From the IMG/VR virus record IMGVR_UViG_3300022699_000293, positions 1 through 64,000 of that record: 64,000 nucleotides of DNA. One strand, given 5' to 3'. Of this stretch, positions 63,905 through 64,000 are shown one piece after another; positions within the stretch are counted from its first letter, which is position 1; each line of letters starts with the position of its first letter. The notes beneath the pieces were generated by a model. It saw only the letters and a program-made list of their open reading frames with translations, searched no databases and was not told the origin of the DNA. The stretch is from a virus. The translations under genes were made by a program, and so were the position numbers.

Positions 63905-64000
63905 ATGCCAGGGCAAGTACCATTAGGGATAACTAAAGGAATCGGTAACTGGTTTTCACAACAACATTCAGTAGAACGTGTCATGGATAATGCTGCATAT
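63905..64000 (+). CDS. 5' fragment of the next gene (probably tail tube), truncated by the window end
   Basis: GGAGG RBS; MPGQVPLGITKGIGNWFSQQHSVERVMDNAAY open to the end; position after the sheath. Confidence 0.45.
   Translation, partial: MPGQVPLGITKGIGNWFSQQHSVERVMDNAAY

Noticed and set aside
1-64000. Alternative genetic code (stop-codon reassignment) as in some large phages
   Set aside because: Long conserved genes are intact under the standard code, and TAA, TAG and TGA all terminate genes at sensible positions

Overview
AT-rich, densely coding 64 kb segment of a large (probably jumbo) contractile-tailed dsDNA bacteriophage using the standard genetic code. No rRNA, tRNA, CRISPR array or IS element is visible. 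Genes partition by strand. The minus strand carries nucleotide metabolism, replication and recombination genes: class II RNR NrdJ, RuvC-like resolvase, a retron-like reverse transcriptase, a vWA/MoxR pair, a family A DNA polymerase with an N-terminal UDG-like domain, primase-helicase, two PD-(D/E)XK nucleases, an SSB-like protein, ParB, an amidase and an SNF2 helicase. The plus strand carries terminase, portal, a zinc-ribbon sigma factor, a bacterial-type RNA polymerase split as beta+beta'-N fusion / beta'-C with a ligase-less LigD Pol-PE gene between the halves, then head genes (putative prohead protease, scaffold-like proteins, capsid), neck and tail sheath. Two candidate undescribed systems stand out. 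(1) An inferred head-cargo system: many plus-strand proteins carry dense K-x-A/S motifs (candidate prohead-protease sites), and several share a short helical tag that also appears on the LigD-like enzyme and on glycine-zipper proteins. (2) A zinc-finger-containing retron-like RT with no room for a cis ncRNA, plus two distant, highly structured intergenic elements (15.8 kb and 34.4 kb) with retron-ncRNA-like architecture. All calls are from visual motif recognition; no searches or folding programs were run.
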